This document shows positions 11,517 through 23,775 of a DNA stretch of 64,000 nucleotides, in pieces. The stretch is from Diplonema japonicum (lineage: Eukaryota; Protista; Euglenozoa: Diplonemea). Both the position numbers and the translations under genes were made by a program. The notes below the pieces were generated by a model. The model was given only the letters and a program-made list of their open reading frames with translations. It did no database searches and was not told where the DNA came from. The stretch spans positions 186,001 through 250,000 of the forward strand of contig OZ025751.1 in NCBI GenBank assembly GCA_964019335.1, given 5' to 3'. Numbering within the stretch: position 1 is the stretch's first letter; each line of letters opens with the position of its first letter.

Positions 11517-13820
11517 TCACTCTTCAGGTTTTTTCTCCTCTTCTCCGCCTTGTTTTTCACTGTCCTCTTTTTCAGGCTGTTTCTCCCCATCAGACGCGGC
11601 GGGGGGGGTGTCTTCTGCTTCTTTTGGCTTTTCTTCTTCTTCTTTGGTGGTCTCCTCTGCTTCTTTTTTCTCCTCCGGTTTGGCCTCGCTTGGTGGTGTT
11701 TCCTCTTCTTTTGGTTTTTCCGGTTCTTCCTCCTTCTTCTCTTCTTTTTCGGGTTCCTTCTCCTCCTTGTCGGGTGCCTCTTCTTTTTCTTCTGCTTTCT
11801 TCTCCTCTGCAGGTTTGGCCTCCTCTTCTTTCTTTTCTTCAGCTTCGGGTTCCTGTGTCTTTTCACCCTCTTGTTCCTCAGGTTTTTTTTCTTCTTCTTT
11901 GGGTGGGCTCTCCTCTTCCTTGGCGCCTTCTTCCTTAGCTCCCTCTTCAGCAGGTTTTTCGGACTTCTCCTATTTTTTTGGGTTTTAAAAAAAGGGGGGG
12001 GGGTGATAATTATAAACATACCTCCCCTTCCTCATCTGCTTTTCCCTCAGTGCCATCGTCGTAGTCTTCACTCATAGTGGTGTTGAGACCTTCCTCCTTG
12101 GGTGTTTCGTCTTTTTTACCTTCTTGTGGTTCTTCAGGTTTGTCTGCAGGGGGTGCCTCACCCTCTCCCTCTCCCTCTCCCTCACCTTCCTTCTTCTCCT
12201 CTTCGGGCTTTTCGGCATCCCCTTCGACAGGTTCCTTTGTCTCCTCCGAGTCTGGCTTTGGTTGCTCCGCAGTCTCCTCCACAGGCTCCACGCAGAAAGA
12301 TTTGTCCTCAAATGCTTTTTCAACACTGTCCTTGCTCACTTCGGGAAGCACCGTGAGACCAGCAATCTGTTTTTTTTTTTTTTTTTTTGAGGGGGGGAAA
12401 AAAAAAAAAACAATACCCTGCCCAGGAATGCTGTTGCTGCTTCGGCTTTGTAATTGGCTGCGCCCAGCAAGGCCTTGCTGTCTTCTGAAACGCTGTTTTC
12501 GACACCTTCGCCGAAGGTCATTGTAGAGGCCTCGGCTCCTCCCACATAAAGCACTGCTGTTTTGGACTCGGAGTCGTATGAGCAAGCGACATGTGACCAT
12601 TCCTGCTCGGGTAATGCCGTCTCTGTAGTGAGGTGCTCCTCGCCGTTGAAGGAGAGGAAAGGTTTCAGCTCGCGGAGGGAGACGAACAGGTAGCCGTTCT
12701 CTTTGTCGGTTTCGCCAGCTCCGAGGATTGCAAGATCGTTATTCGTCCTACCCTCGGCGTATGCAGCACCTTCCGCAGGGTTGACCCACACAGACAAGGT
12801 GAATGATTTGGTTAAGTTCATCTCCTGAGCGGACCCGAGGAGGATACCACCGGTGTCAGATTGTTCTGTGAAGCTGCATGTTTTCTTCGCCACGTTTTCG
12901 TGAGTTACGCTCTCCTCTTCTTTCTTTGGTTCTTCAGGTGCTGGTTCGGGTTCTGCCGGGGTCTCGGCGGGTTTTGCTTCCTCTGGTTTCTCCCCTGCAG
13001 GGGGTCCGTTCTTCTCCTCTTCCTCCTTTCTGATTCTCTCCTGAGCGATTCTTTCTTCATATTGCGGGAGGGCCTTGTGGAACACTGTCTCGAACTTGTC
13101 CTCTCCAACCCAGTCTTGTATACCTTTCGCTGTCACCATTGGAACAGAGCCTTTTTCGACTTTTAAAGCTTGCATGAGAATCTTTGTTTCTTCATCGTTG
13201 AATGCGGGGGCATCGGGGGGGAACAGGCACCACACGTTCACCGCCCTGCAGAATTTCAGCCAGCTTGTTTCGGGTTCCGCAGCTCCGATCTGGTCTGACC
13301 AGGCTTCGAGGAGTCCGGGGTTTGTTATGAAATCAGACGCGGGTTTCTTCTCCTTAATCAATGTCTTCACCGTCCGTTTGATGTGAGGTGTGTTGACGCC
13401 TTCGATAGAGCTTACGTATTGGCAGTCCTTGTAGAACATGAACATTGGTTTGGCTTTGCCGATCTGACCCTCGAACTTCTCCTTCCAGGTGTCGGGGAGG
13501 ATGTCACGCTGCAACTCGACGGACCTTGCACTGGATCTTGGGGTGAGGATGGGGTCCGAAGCTGATTTGTTTTCCAGCTCACTGAGAATCTCAGATGCGT
13601 TGACTTGTAAAAATTTCAGCGAGACGGCCTGATCGTCCACGTCTTGGATGGTAATATCCCTGAAGGTGCTTTTCAGCGCGTTGCACGCACCCCAGGTGGA
13701 GCAGAACACATCAAGAACTGTGACACAGGCCCTCCCCGTCGATTCCTTCTCGTAAGCACTGATATGCTCCATTAGTTCGGAGAGGCAGTTCACCGGGATT
13801 GTGATCTCTTGCTTGTTCAT
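11517..13820 (-). CDS. thioredoxin-like domain + ConA/LamG-like domain + E/K/P-rich tail, 3 exons
   Basis: VLDVFCSTWGACNALK...KPMFMFYK..IEGVNTP resembles the Trx domains of dynein LC/NME8. SFTLSVWVNP...EWSHVACSYD..AVLYVGG is LamG-like. Introns at about 12361-12414 and 11971-12021. Confidence 0.75.
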
Positions 13821-15117
13821 TTTATTTTTTCTTTTTTTTTTTTTTGCGAGCCCCCCTCGCCTTTTTTTTTTGTTTCGAGATGAATTGAAGGAGATTTATA
13901 AAGAGGGGGAATAAAGGAAATATAAAAAAAAAAAAAAAAAAAAACGTGGATTTCTTTTTTTTCCGCCAGAAGGGTGTCAAAACAACATTTAAATAAATAA
14001 AAAACGATTTTTTCACTATATGATGGGGGGGGGGGGGGATGTGTTTTTGGCAAAAAAAAATGGGCCCTCAAAAAAAAATACCCTTTTTCTTGTCCGTTCC
14101 GTGCTTTTTTTTTTCCTAGTAAAAAAAATAAAAAATAAAAAATTGTGATTGAGCGTGCGTTCATTTTAATTCGTTTTTTTTTTTCTGTAAATTTTAAAAA
14201 AAAATAAAAATGAGGGGGGGTGATGCTGGTCGTAACAAGGGGAGCAGCATTGATGGAATCAAGAACAACGGAGGGGCATCATACCCATCCGACACAATTT
14301 TTTTAACCAATTGTTTTTTTGTTTTTTTTTTTCCTTCACTTTCGCCGTTTCCCCCCCTACCCCAATTTCGTTTGCTCTGTAGGCGACAGTCGCAATGCTG
14401 GGCAGATGGGGAAAAACAAAGGGGGGGGAGAACTAAACATAAATCCATAAAAAGCATTAAAATCCACTCACTGAAAAAGACTATGAAATCGCTAACAAAT
14501 AAATAACTTAAAAAAAATAGGACACACAGGATGACCGGGTGTCTAAAAAATGGAAAAAAAATTTCTTTTCTTCTCTTTTTCCGATTTTACCCTCATTTTT
14601 TTTTTCCTTCCTTTTTTTATGGCTTCTTGGTGTTGCCATAATAATTTTTTTTGCTCCTTGTTTCTCTTTTATTCAAACCGGGGAGGGTCTATAAAAAAAA
14701 AAGATATCCACTGCTAACCACTTCGAATCTTCGGCCAAGGGCTCAATCTGAACATTTTTTTTCCCCTCAGGTATTTTTTTTTTTTTTTCCAGGCCGGACA
14801 GCGGTGAATAGATATTACTTTTTTTTTCCACTCTCGGTTTGCTCTCTCTTTCCTTTTTTGCTTTATGTTTCTTTCTCTTTTTTTTTTCTTACCGCGAAGA
14901 ACGGAAAGAGCTAGCCAAAGAGGGGGGGGGGGGGGGGGAGTTTGAGAAAAAGATATTCCAGTGTACAAGTACTTACTCATCGAGAGTAGGAACGGACTGT
15001 TGAAAACATGCAAAGCTAAGAGGGGGGGGGGGGGGGGGGTATTAACCATCTCCATCACCACCATGGGCAAGCAAAACCAAGTAAGAAGAAAAGGGGGGAA
15101 ATACCTCCACCTCCACC

Positions 15118-16143
15118 TCACATGACCGAACACCCCGAAGAGCAGAAGGCACAGCCACTCTCGGAATTTGCAGTCAGATTCTTAAGGTTCTCGGGCTTCT
15201 TCTTCCATGCGTGCTCCACGGAAACATCGATTGTCTGGGATTTTTTTTTATTTAATTATTTCCATACTTCCTCCTTATCCTTAGGTGCACAGCATGAGCT
15301 TTCCGGTCCACATCCATCCTTCGGCTCCTCTTCAACCTTCTTCTTGGACCCGCAGCAGCCGCCAGCTTTCTTAGGCTCTTCCACTTCCACCTTCTTCTTC
15401 GACCCACAGCATCCGCCGGCCTTCTTGGGCTCCTCTACAACAGGTTCAACTTCTTCCTTTTTCTTGGACCCACAGCACCCGCCAGACTTTTTAGGTTCCT
15501 CCACAATTTCAGTTTCTTCTTTTTTCTTTGATCCACAGCACCCGCCAGCCTTCTTGGGCTCCTCCTCAACAACTTCTTCCTTTTTCTTCGACCCACAGCA
15601 TCCGGTTTTCTTCGGCTCCTCAGACACAACAGGGGGTTCCTCTTTCACAGGTTCCTCCGGCTTGACCTCAGCGGGCGCAACGGTTTCTGGCTCAGATGGC
15701 TCAACAGCGGCAGCCACCTCGGGCTTGACCTTCTTGTTTTTGTTCTTCGCCATAGGTAATTCCCTGATGGGGCTGTGAGCTTCTTTTGTGAAGAACAGGA
15801 CGCAGTTGGAATGGTACAACCCTTGGTTGTTCAGGCTCAGTTCAAGGCAGAGCCTCTTGAGCTTCACGATGGTGTCTAGATCAGCGACCGTGGCGAAGTC
15901 CTGGGGGGGAGGGATGGAAAACAAAGAAATACAAGAAACTATTAAATTCAACCCACCCCTTGTGTAAACAGGAGGGGGGATGCCTACCTCGGTTTCTTCA
16001 ATGGACCAAATGGCATACTCTTCCATATCCACGTACAGTACGTCTTCGATGTCATCGAGTAAGTGTCCCAACGGGCGGTCTAGAGGAATGTCCAGCTCAA
16101 GGCCTTCATCGGGGTACCACGCGTCCCCCACAAGCCGCACCAT
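15118..16143 (-). CDS. CaaX-terminated protein with repeated KK.GGCCGSKKK motifs, 3 exons
   Basis: Probable ATG at 16143; introns 15901-15987 and 15235-15267; last exon ends ...SGCAFCSSGCSVM*. Confidence 0.7.
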
Positions 16144-16254
16144 CTCATCCTGTGGACAGTGGCACGGGGGTATCAAAAACAATTTCAATTTTAAACAAGA
16201 GAATATAAATATAATGTGTAGTATTCTTTTTTTTTTCTTTCCTTCCCTCCTTAT

Positions 16255-17361
16255 TCACCCTTCGCTTGTCTTAATACTTTGTCGCAGGGTTCGGCTCGAC
16301 AGGCGGCGGAACTCACGAGACGAAAGCCTCCGGCCCAGCCCGGACCCCCATGAGTCAGGGGACTGCCCGACCATCTGGTTCTGGAAGTCCATGTTGAAGG
16401 AGTACACTGTGAGAGACCAGAAAACAGCAGCGTTGTACTCAAATATAGCGCAAGGGATGCCCGAGGTGAGCATGAAGATGACGGCAGACAGCATGGTCAC
16501 GTGGGAGTAGACCAGCCTCTTCTGACGAAGGCTGACCTGCTCGGATGAACTTGACTCGGCCGTACACGGGTATGCCGCAGCAACCAAGCCACTCTCCACG
16601 GCTAGCTCCGAGTGGACTTCCAACGTGTAAAGTGTACAGCCACCACTTACCGCAGCCGCGATAATGTGTGGAATGTTCGTCCAGTAAGGCCCGCTGCTGA
16701 AGATGCCAACACAGATCATCATAACCCCTCCGAAATATCCAAGATCCACCACTCTTGAGACCTTATCCTTGATGTACTTAGGCTGCCCCACATATCCGTT
16801 CAAGAAGCCCCGTGCGAGTCCCACCAAGGCGAGGCCTGTCATGCTGCCACCAATCGTCCAAACAATGTTTTCGGGGAACCGTTCGCCAGTGCTCGATATT
16901 ATTGGGAGAAGGACTATCCTGTGGTGGTAGATGAGCACCGACAGGGTGTAGGTGGTCAGAAACGTTCCCCAGCACGACAGAAGAACTAGCTTTGGGAAGT
17001 TCTTGTACAACGCAGATCCTTTGCAATCGTCGATTTGGTGTATGATGACGCTGCACGGCACTACTATGAGCTCTGTGATACCCGTCACCTGCAATACGTA
17101 TTTCACCGGGACGTGTGCTAGCCAGTGCACTCCGCATCCTATTGCCAAGGGGGCTACCACTAGAACCTTAGCGCCGAACTTGAAAGCCCTCTCCAGGTCT
17201 ATCCACCCTTCGTCATCTTCTTCTTCTTCTCGATCGTCTTCGTCATCTTCCGCTGGTTGCTGGTGATCTCGCCAGTGTTCATACTTTTGCAATAGACAAT
17301 CGAGCAGCCCTCCTCCAGTGGCTGCTGCAATGCTTGCTTTCAACACGACGGCAGTTTCCAT
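16255..17361 (-). CDS. multi-pass membrane protein with a Frag1/DRAM/TMEM150-like domain and an Mpv17/PMP22-like N-terminus
   Basis: LLPIISSTGERFPENIVW resembles the DRAM motif LPYISDTG.PPES, followed by a later TM His (IPHIIAA). N-terminal LLDCLLQ...IDLERAFKF resembles PMP22. Confidence 0.6.
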   Translation of the reverse strand: METAVVLKASIAAATGGGLLDCLLQKYEHWRDHQQPAEDDEDDREEEEDDEGWIDLERAFKFGAKVLVVAPLAIGCGVHWLAHVPVKYVLQVTGITELIVVPCSVIIHQIDDCKGSALYKNFPKLVLLSCWGTFLTTYTLSVLIYHHRIVLLPIISSTGERFPENIVWTIGGSMTGLALVGLARGFLNGYVGQPKYIKDKVSRVVDLGYFGGVMMICVGIFSSGPYWTNIPHIIAAAVSGGCTLYTLEVHSELAVESGLVAAAYPCTAESSSSEQVSLRQKRLVYSHVTMLSAVIFMLTSGIPCAIFEYNAAVFWSLTVYSFNMDFQNQMVGQSPDSWGSGLGRRLSSREFRRLSSRTLRQSIKTSEG

Positions 17362-17613
17362 CGCATCATTTAGGTGTGTGTAAAGAAAAAAGAGAAGAAA
17401 AAAATCTTAGGATAGCGGTGGAGGGATATAAATTGTTAAAATACCAAAGTAATACCAAATCAAAAGAGTGGATAGGCTTCTGAAGGCCGATAAGAAGGGG
17501 GGGGGGGGGGGGGAGAACTTAGAAAAAAATGGACACTTTTTTTTCTCTCTTTTCTTTTGTATGTGCGCTCTCTTACCCTCCCTTTTTCTTGCCCCCTATT
17601 CCCACTTCGGTGT

Positions 17614-18333
17614 TTATCGGATGGACACAGCAAGCATCCATCCAAGAAAGAAGTAGAACAATGCAATGGGGTAAACTGCTAACATCCGCCGTTTAGGGGG
17701 GATGGTTCCCGCTATAAATCCAAGAGAAGCTGTAATGGGGGGTTTCTTTTACTTTTTATTATTCCCAAGTAGCATACCCCAGCAAGCCCAGTACCAACAC
17801 AGACCCACGAGAAGGACTTTGATCTGCCAAATCTCTCTTATAGGGACAGGGGAGATTAAAATCGCCCCGCAAACATTCAACGGAAACAGACAATATCCAA
17901 GGGTGCAAAGACACTGGAAGAACGAAATTTTACCACCGAGGAACTTTGCGTTAAATGTGACGACAACAGAGCCTACAGCAATAATCATACACACGGCCGC
18001 AAAGAGGACGGAGGAATCAGTGCTCAGGTTGTCACTGTGGAAGGTCAAGATTCTGTGTAAAAAAGCTTCTTTTTTTTTTTCCCTTCCATTGACCCTCATA
18101 CATTGCCAACACCACACACAGAAGTAACGGCCCCCAAAGATCCCAGTCTTTCAATTCATTAACATCTGGAGCAGGCCCAACACACGGCATGGCGACCATC
18201 TTTATCTTTCTGCCTATCGATCTTGCATCTCGCATCTGTTTTTTTTTTCTTTTTTTTTTTTTTTTTTTCCCTCAACACATACAACAGTATCCCATATTGG
18301 TTCGTCTATTGTTGAAGAAGCTGGTGTGGACAT
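17614..18333 (-). CDS. YIPF6: Yip1-domain Golgi protein (YIPF6-like), 4 exons
   Basis: STIDEPIWDTVMRD..., ELKDWDLWGPLLLC, LGGKISFFQCLCTLGYCLFPL and RRMLAVYPIALFYF after 3 GT-AG introns. Confidence 0.9.
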
Positions 18334-18457
18334 TTTAAATTACTTTTCTTTCTCCACTCCCCCCCTCCCCCCTCTGAAGTAGTATGCTGTGCAGTACACA
18401 GTAGTATGATAACATGAGTATGTGAACCCTTATGCAGCTTGGGGGGGGGGGGGGGGA

Positions 18458-19024
18458 TTATTCAGTAAGGTTAAAACCTTGTTTTCTTGAAGCCTTGGGG
18501 TCTGTGTTCTCTACTGACCCATGCCATTGCTTTTTGATTCTGAGTGGCATCTTACCAAGACCCATGTTGCTCCAGTAGTAAATACCATCAGACACAAGAC
18601 CATGCTCATCTGAGGCCTCATGAGTGAAGTGGCCCATAGGGGAGGGTTTTTTAGATTGCTCCTTTCGTGAACGTTTCTTTGCTTCATGGATCTGTTGGTT
18701 GCGATGGGCCATCTGTGAGTAGTATGCTTTTCGCTTTTCTTTCAGCTCCTCTTCTGCTTTCTTCTCTGCTTCAGTCTTCACCTGCTGTTCGTTCCCTTCA
18801 TCATCTGATTCACGTGTTATTTCTTGACATATCACTTCTTCCTCCCCACCAACAACCACTGGCTTATTTATCACAGCAAATGGCAACACTGTCTCACTTT
18901 CTCCCTCACTCTGGCTCTCCACTTCTAACTTCCTCTTTTTTGCACTCTTCTTTTTGGATTTTTTTTTGCTAACTGGCTTTTCCTCTTCCTCCTCTCCAAT
19001 GTAGTTGCCTTCTGTGTCATACAT
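18458..19024 (-). CDS. hypothetical charged protein (188 aa) at the edge of the repeat island, possibly TE-derived
   Basis: Open ORF, but in CpG-poor DNA contiguous with the TE island. Confidence 0.45.
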   Translation of the reverse strand: MYDTEGNYIGEEEEEKPVSKKKSKKKSAKKRKLEVESQSEGESETVLPFAVINKPVVVGGEEEVICQEITRESDDEGNEQQVKTEAEKKAEEELKEKRKAYYSQMAHRNQQIHEAKKRSRKEQSKKPSPMGHFTHEASDEHGLVSDGIYYWSNMGLGKMPLRIKKQWHGSVENTDPKASRKQGFNLTE

Positions 19025-20249
19025 TTTCTTTTATAAAAGGGGTCTCTTACTATTTTGGGTTTTTGTTTTCAAAAAGGCAAGAAATAACAAAATAATAATA
19101 AATGTGTTAAGTGGAATTTGGTAGAGTTGCTCACCCCTAGTGGTGGGGCAAAGGGAAGACAAATTCAAGTCAAGAAAAGAACAGCACAGCTAATCATGCT
19201 AGTTTACTTTCTCATGTGTGAAATAAGAAGAGCACCATGTTCTTCCTACGTTTTACCAACAACCCCACCCAGAAAAAAAAGAAAGGACCTGCAAATGTGT
19301 GGCAGCAGTGATGGGTGAATCCTAATTAGGACTAGACTGGACTGGACCGGACCAGACCAGATCCAGTGTGAATTTCGACCCAATTATGCCAGACTGACCG
19401 GACTGACCAGACTGGACCAGACCAGACCAGACCGGACTGAACCAGACCAGACAAGATACAACCACAACACCACATCCCCCCTTTTTTTTGCTGCAGAGTT
19501 CAAACGTATAAACAGATGTCTACAAGAAAAGATGTTACACAGGTACTGAGAGACGACAACAACAACAACAACAACAAGAAACAAAAAAAAAAAAAAAAAA
19601 AGACTGGACCAGACTGGACTGGATCCAGTGTGAATTCCAACCCAATTATGCTGGACTGACCAGACTGACCAGACTGACCAGACTGGACCAGACTGGACCA
19701 GACTGGACTGGACTGGACCAGACCAGACTGGACTGAACCAGACTGGACAAGATACAACCACAACACCACATCCCCCCTTTTTTTTAAGATCACTGGATGC
19801 GATTCCATAGCCCTGCTGGAAGAAAAAAGAGGGAAGAGAAAGCAAAGGCAAGTGCAGAAGCACGGGAAAAGAAGATGCAGGCTAAGAAAAAGAAATGGAT
19901 AAACCCAAGGTGTCACAGCCACAGTCGCAATTGCAGTCACAGTCACAATCACAGTCACAGGTTCAGAGTTCACCATCTTCAGCTAAAGCCAAGGTAAAAG
20001 AAGAAGACGAAGTGGGGGGAAAAAAAAAAAGAAAAACAAACACTAGGTAAGCAATGTTATCAATGAAATGAGAGAACTTCCTGTTCTTGACAGGGTTTGC
20101 TTTTTGATCAGTCTGCATTGCCTACCTCTCATCCTGTGTGAAAGGAATTTTTTTCATAGCCTGTTTTCCCCTGGTAGCCTTGTGGGGATAGACAGGAAGA
20201 AAGTGCAGAGCTGCATTCTGGAATTGGGAGAGAGTGTCTTCCATTCCAT

Positions 20250-21590
20250 TTTGGAAGGCTTGTTGGCTGAGAATGTGTTCTTGATGGTTGATGGTGCTAC
20301 CTTCAACCATCGAACCATTCTTGGCTTCAGCCTTTCAGACAGTGAGCACAGCTATTTTTGCAAGGTCTGTTTTTTCAAAGTACAGAGTGTTAACAATATT
20401 ATTATCAGGTAAAATAAGTGCACAAACAGACAAAGTGCTGAACTAGTTTTCTTTTCCAACTGAGGGCAGTTTTCTAGGAGTGGGAAATCATCTGAAGGAC
20501 AAACACAACACAGATAATTGATCTCTCAAAGGTGAGAGCAACTGCTGCAGAGATCACAAAGTACATCACAGAGACAATCAATGAGCTTCAAACAGTTTGG
20601 GGGAGAAAGGGAAAGAAGGGGATAAAAAGGGAAGAAGCAGGAAAAAAAAAGAAAAAAAAGAGGGGAATCCTTGTTTTTTCTGTCTGTGCAGACAACACCA
20701 GTGCCATGCAGTGTGCACTTGAGAAGATCGCCAAGCAGTTTTGCTTGACCCAGACACTGTGGACACTGACACTGCAGCCACCAACACTGACACTGACACT
20801 GATTCAGGTATTCTTTGTGTTTTTTGTGGCCAGGAACAGACTCTCCATGTAGAGTTTGTTTTCATGTTATATTGATCTTTTTTTTTTTAAAAAGACACCC
20901 AGTCTACAACCGGGTTGATCTATTCATTTTCCAAGACTGAAAGCACTGTATTAGATTCTGCACTTGACAGTGCTGCTGAAGAGCTGCAGTTGAGTGGAGT
21001 GTTGGCCTACTGTTGTGGCCCACTCACTGCAGCTCTCACTGGGGGATGTTTTCAAAGTTCCTCGCTTTGAAAAGGTGCTATGCAAGGTGAAGGTATAAAA
21101 CGAAAAAAGGGAGGGGGAAAAGAAATAATATATATTGTTAAACTTGTCGTTTTGGTTTTTCACAAAAAGAAACAAAAAAAAAAAGAACTTGGTGAGGAAA
21201 TGGACAACACAAAGTGGTACCCTTGGACTGAGAAACATCCAGGAGGTTAATGGTGTTAGATCAAACGAAATCCACTTCATCAAGGCTTATGCAGAGACAA
21301 GATGGAATTCAATTGTTGAAACTATGATTTCCATTTCGTCCCTGTACCAATTCCTTGGTGAAGATGACATGGGTTTCCTGGCTGAATTGAACTTCACAAT
21401 CCATGTCTGTGCCCCTTTTGCAGACACCACATCTAGTGCTGATTCTGTCCTCAGCACCAGTTTAGCTTCTGAAGCCCCAACAGAGCACCATTTCAAAGTG
21501 GTTGCTAAAACTCTGCACAAATCAAGATGTAGACTTGATACAAAGGTTGTTAATGCTTGCCTGCAAATTGCAGTGAATTACCACTTTGTG
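20250..21590 (+). pseudogene. hAT transposase remnants
   Basis: Fragments LMVDGAT, SVCADNTSAM, AYAETRWNS and SEAPTEHHF...RCRLDTKVVN correspond to the hAT catalytic D, the D-N-A motif, TRWNS and the C-terminal dimerisation motif. Broken by stops and frameshifts. Confidence 0.75.
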
Positions 21591-21899
21591 AAGCCCCTGT
21601 TTTTTGAAGGGGAGCAAAAAGAGAAGCATAGCCATGCAAAACAGGCAGAGCATCATAGAGTTGAGGAAAGTGAGAGAGATCTGTTTACACAGACTTAGCT
21701 TCCTTTACACTACTTTTCCCATCACTCACATTTCCCCTAGTTGTGACTGTAAAATATAGCTATTTACTGCCAACAAGTAATGACTTTACCATTACTGGTA
21801 GGTAAGTGACTTCACCATGAGGGGCACAATGGGGTGACAAGGGGTAGCATGAAGTAATGAGATTTAGCATAAAGTAATGGGCCCCATGACATATTTTAC

Positions 21900-22260
21900 A
21901 CCATATTTCATAAACTGGATTGCAGAGTTCCTGAAGGATTGAGAGGCAGCTGTAGAATAGGTGGGGAACAGGTGACTTCTATGAAAAAGAAGAAGGAGTT
22001 CCACAAGGGACAGTCCTCTCCCCACTGCTTTTTATCTGCTATGTGGATGACATAGCAACAAGATTGCACAAAGTGGGTGTGGACACTGGACTGATTACAT
22101 CACTGTTTGCAGATAACATGGCTGTGGAGGCAAGGCACAAGTGCTGGACATGGTGTGTGGGTGGCCAGAGACATCACAATGCTGGAAGTAGCACACAACA
22201 CAGCAGCATGCATCATAACAGGCCTTCCTACAACACCCATCCTAAGACCTCCTGAAAATT
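21900..22260 (+). mobile_element. non-LTR retrotransposon (LINE, possibly ingi/I-like) reverse-transcriptase remnant
   Basis: WIAEFLKD*, GVPQGTVLSPLLFICYVDD (from 21995), SLFADN (decayed FADD) and HNTAACIITG (decayed AARIITG). Confidence 0.85.
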
Positions 22261-23015
22261 GCAAGGCTGAGGAACCTGGCTGAGCTGACCAGGCCTGGAG
22301 ATGGTACTCAAGCACTGCAAGACAACAGTGAAACCAGGGGCTAACATCCCCACCAGCTCACTTTTGGCCTTGCAAAAACTGAAACAAGGGCCAACAAGGC
22401 AGAGAGGACACAATGGTGGGAATCTGGACACAGCTGGGTGGCTAACAAAATAAAAGACCTAATATAAGGGTGTCTTTCATTCCTCCCTTTCCCCCCCTCC
22501 CTCATGCCTTTCTCCCCCCCCAAAAAAAGGGAGGTTAAAACCCAACTCACAGCCTTCACATGGCACCTCCTGTAAGTAAGCTTTTTTTTTTTTTTTTTTA
22601 AATACTGTAAAACAAATAATGTTGGACAGAAAAACTCCTGGACACCAAAAAAACCCAGACATTTTTCTGTCTGGGAGTTTTTCTGAAGAAGTTTTTTACT
22701 TAAGGGGGGGTAACAGCTCCCACCACATTTGCCTAGAAGGGCTTTATTCCTTGTGCAGAGCCAAAATGTTTACCCTGCGTGGCAGTTTGAATTTTTCTTC
22801 CCTTTTCAATGCACCAACAAACAGCACCCATGGGATCTTTAACTTCTCATAAACCCATACTTCTTTCATCAAATTAACCAGTTCAACTACCCAAGGCATG
22901 TTGCACAGCTGGCTTGTAAGCTGACACCAGTGATGGGTGAATCCTAATTAGGACTAGACTGGACTGGACCAGACCAGACTGGATCCAGTGTGAATTTCGA
23001 CCCAATTATGCTGGA

Positions 23016-23775
23016 TAGTGTCCAAAAAAAATTTTTTTCCACCAAAAAAAGTTGTCAAAGACACCCAAAAATTGATTTTTTTTCCAAAAAAAAATTTTTT
23101 TTCTCAAAAGTACCTATCCTAGGCCTTAATAGAGGCTTTTAGTGAAGTGGGGTGAAAGTGAGAAGTTTGGGGTCAAAAAAAGGTGCCCAAAAAAAAATAT
23201 TTTTCACATGAACAAGTGGTCAAAAACACCTGAAAAGTGGTTTTTTACCTCAGAAAAATTGATTTTTTTCTAAAAGGGTACCTATATCAGGCCTAATAGT
23301 GGTCTATCTGTTGGTTTTCTCTCCTTTATGACTTACCCTTCTCATTCTTTGTATTTACCCCCCTTTTTTTTACTGTACTTTATTGGGTGCATGGGGTGCT
23401 AGAAAAAAAAATAGTGTCCAAAAAATTGTTTTTCCTCCCAAAAAATGTGGCCAAAAACACCCTTAAATTGATTTTTTCTCAAAAAAAATTTTTTTTTCCC
23501 TCAAAAATACCTATTCTAGACCTCAATGAGGCTAATAGTGAAAGTGAGATGGTCATGGGTCAAAAAAAAAGGGCCTAAAGAATTTTTTTCCTCACAAAAA
23601 AAATTGTCAAAAACACCTGAATAGTGATATTTTACCTCAGAAAAAAAGATTTTTTTCACAAAGGGCACCTGTACTTGGCCTAGTAATGGTCCATCTGTCA
23701 TTTTTCTTTCCTTTATAACTTACCTTTCTCATTCTTTGTATTTCCCCCCCCTGTTTTTACTGTACTTTATTGGCA
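23016..23775. repeat. two tandem copies of a ~396-bp AT-rich unit
   Basis: TAGTGTCCAAAAAA starts at 23016 and 23412 with colinear downstream sequence; another fragment lies near 27000-27050. Confidence 0.85.

Noticed and set aside
14229-14241. GTCGTAACAAGG matches the SSU rRNA 3' conserved motif (rRNA fragment or C/D snoRNA guide)
   Set aside because: Only about 12 nt, no flanking rRNA similarity and no CTGA D box after the putative guide.
19320-19750. Short repeats resembling a CRISPR array
   Set aside because: Pentamer subterminal repeats of the hAT element; no unique spacers, eukaryotic context.
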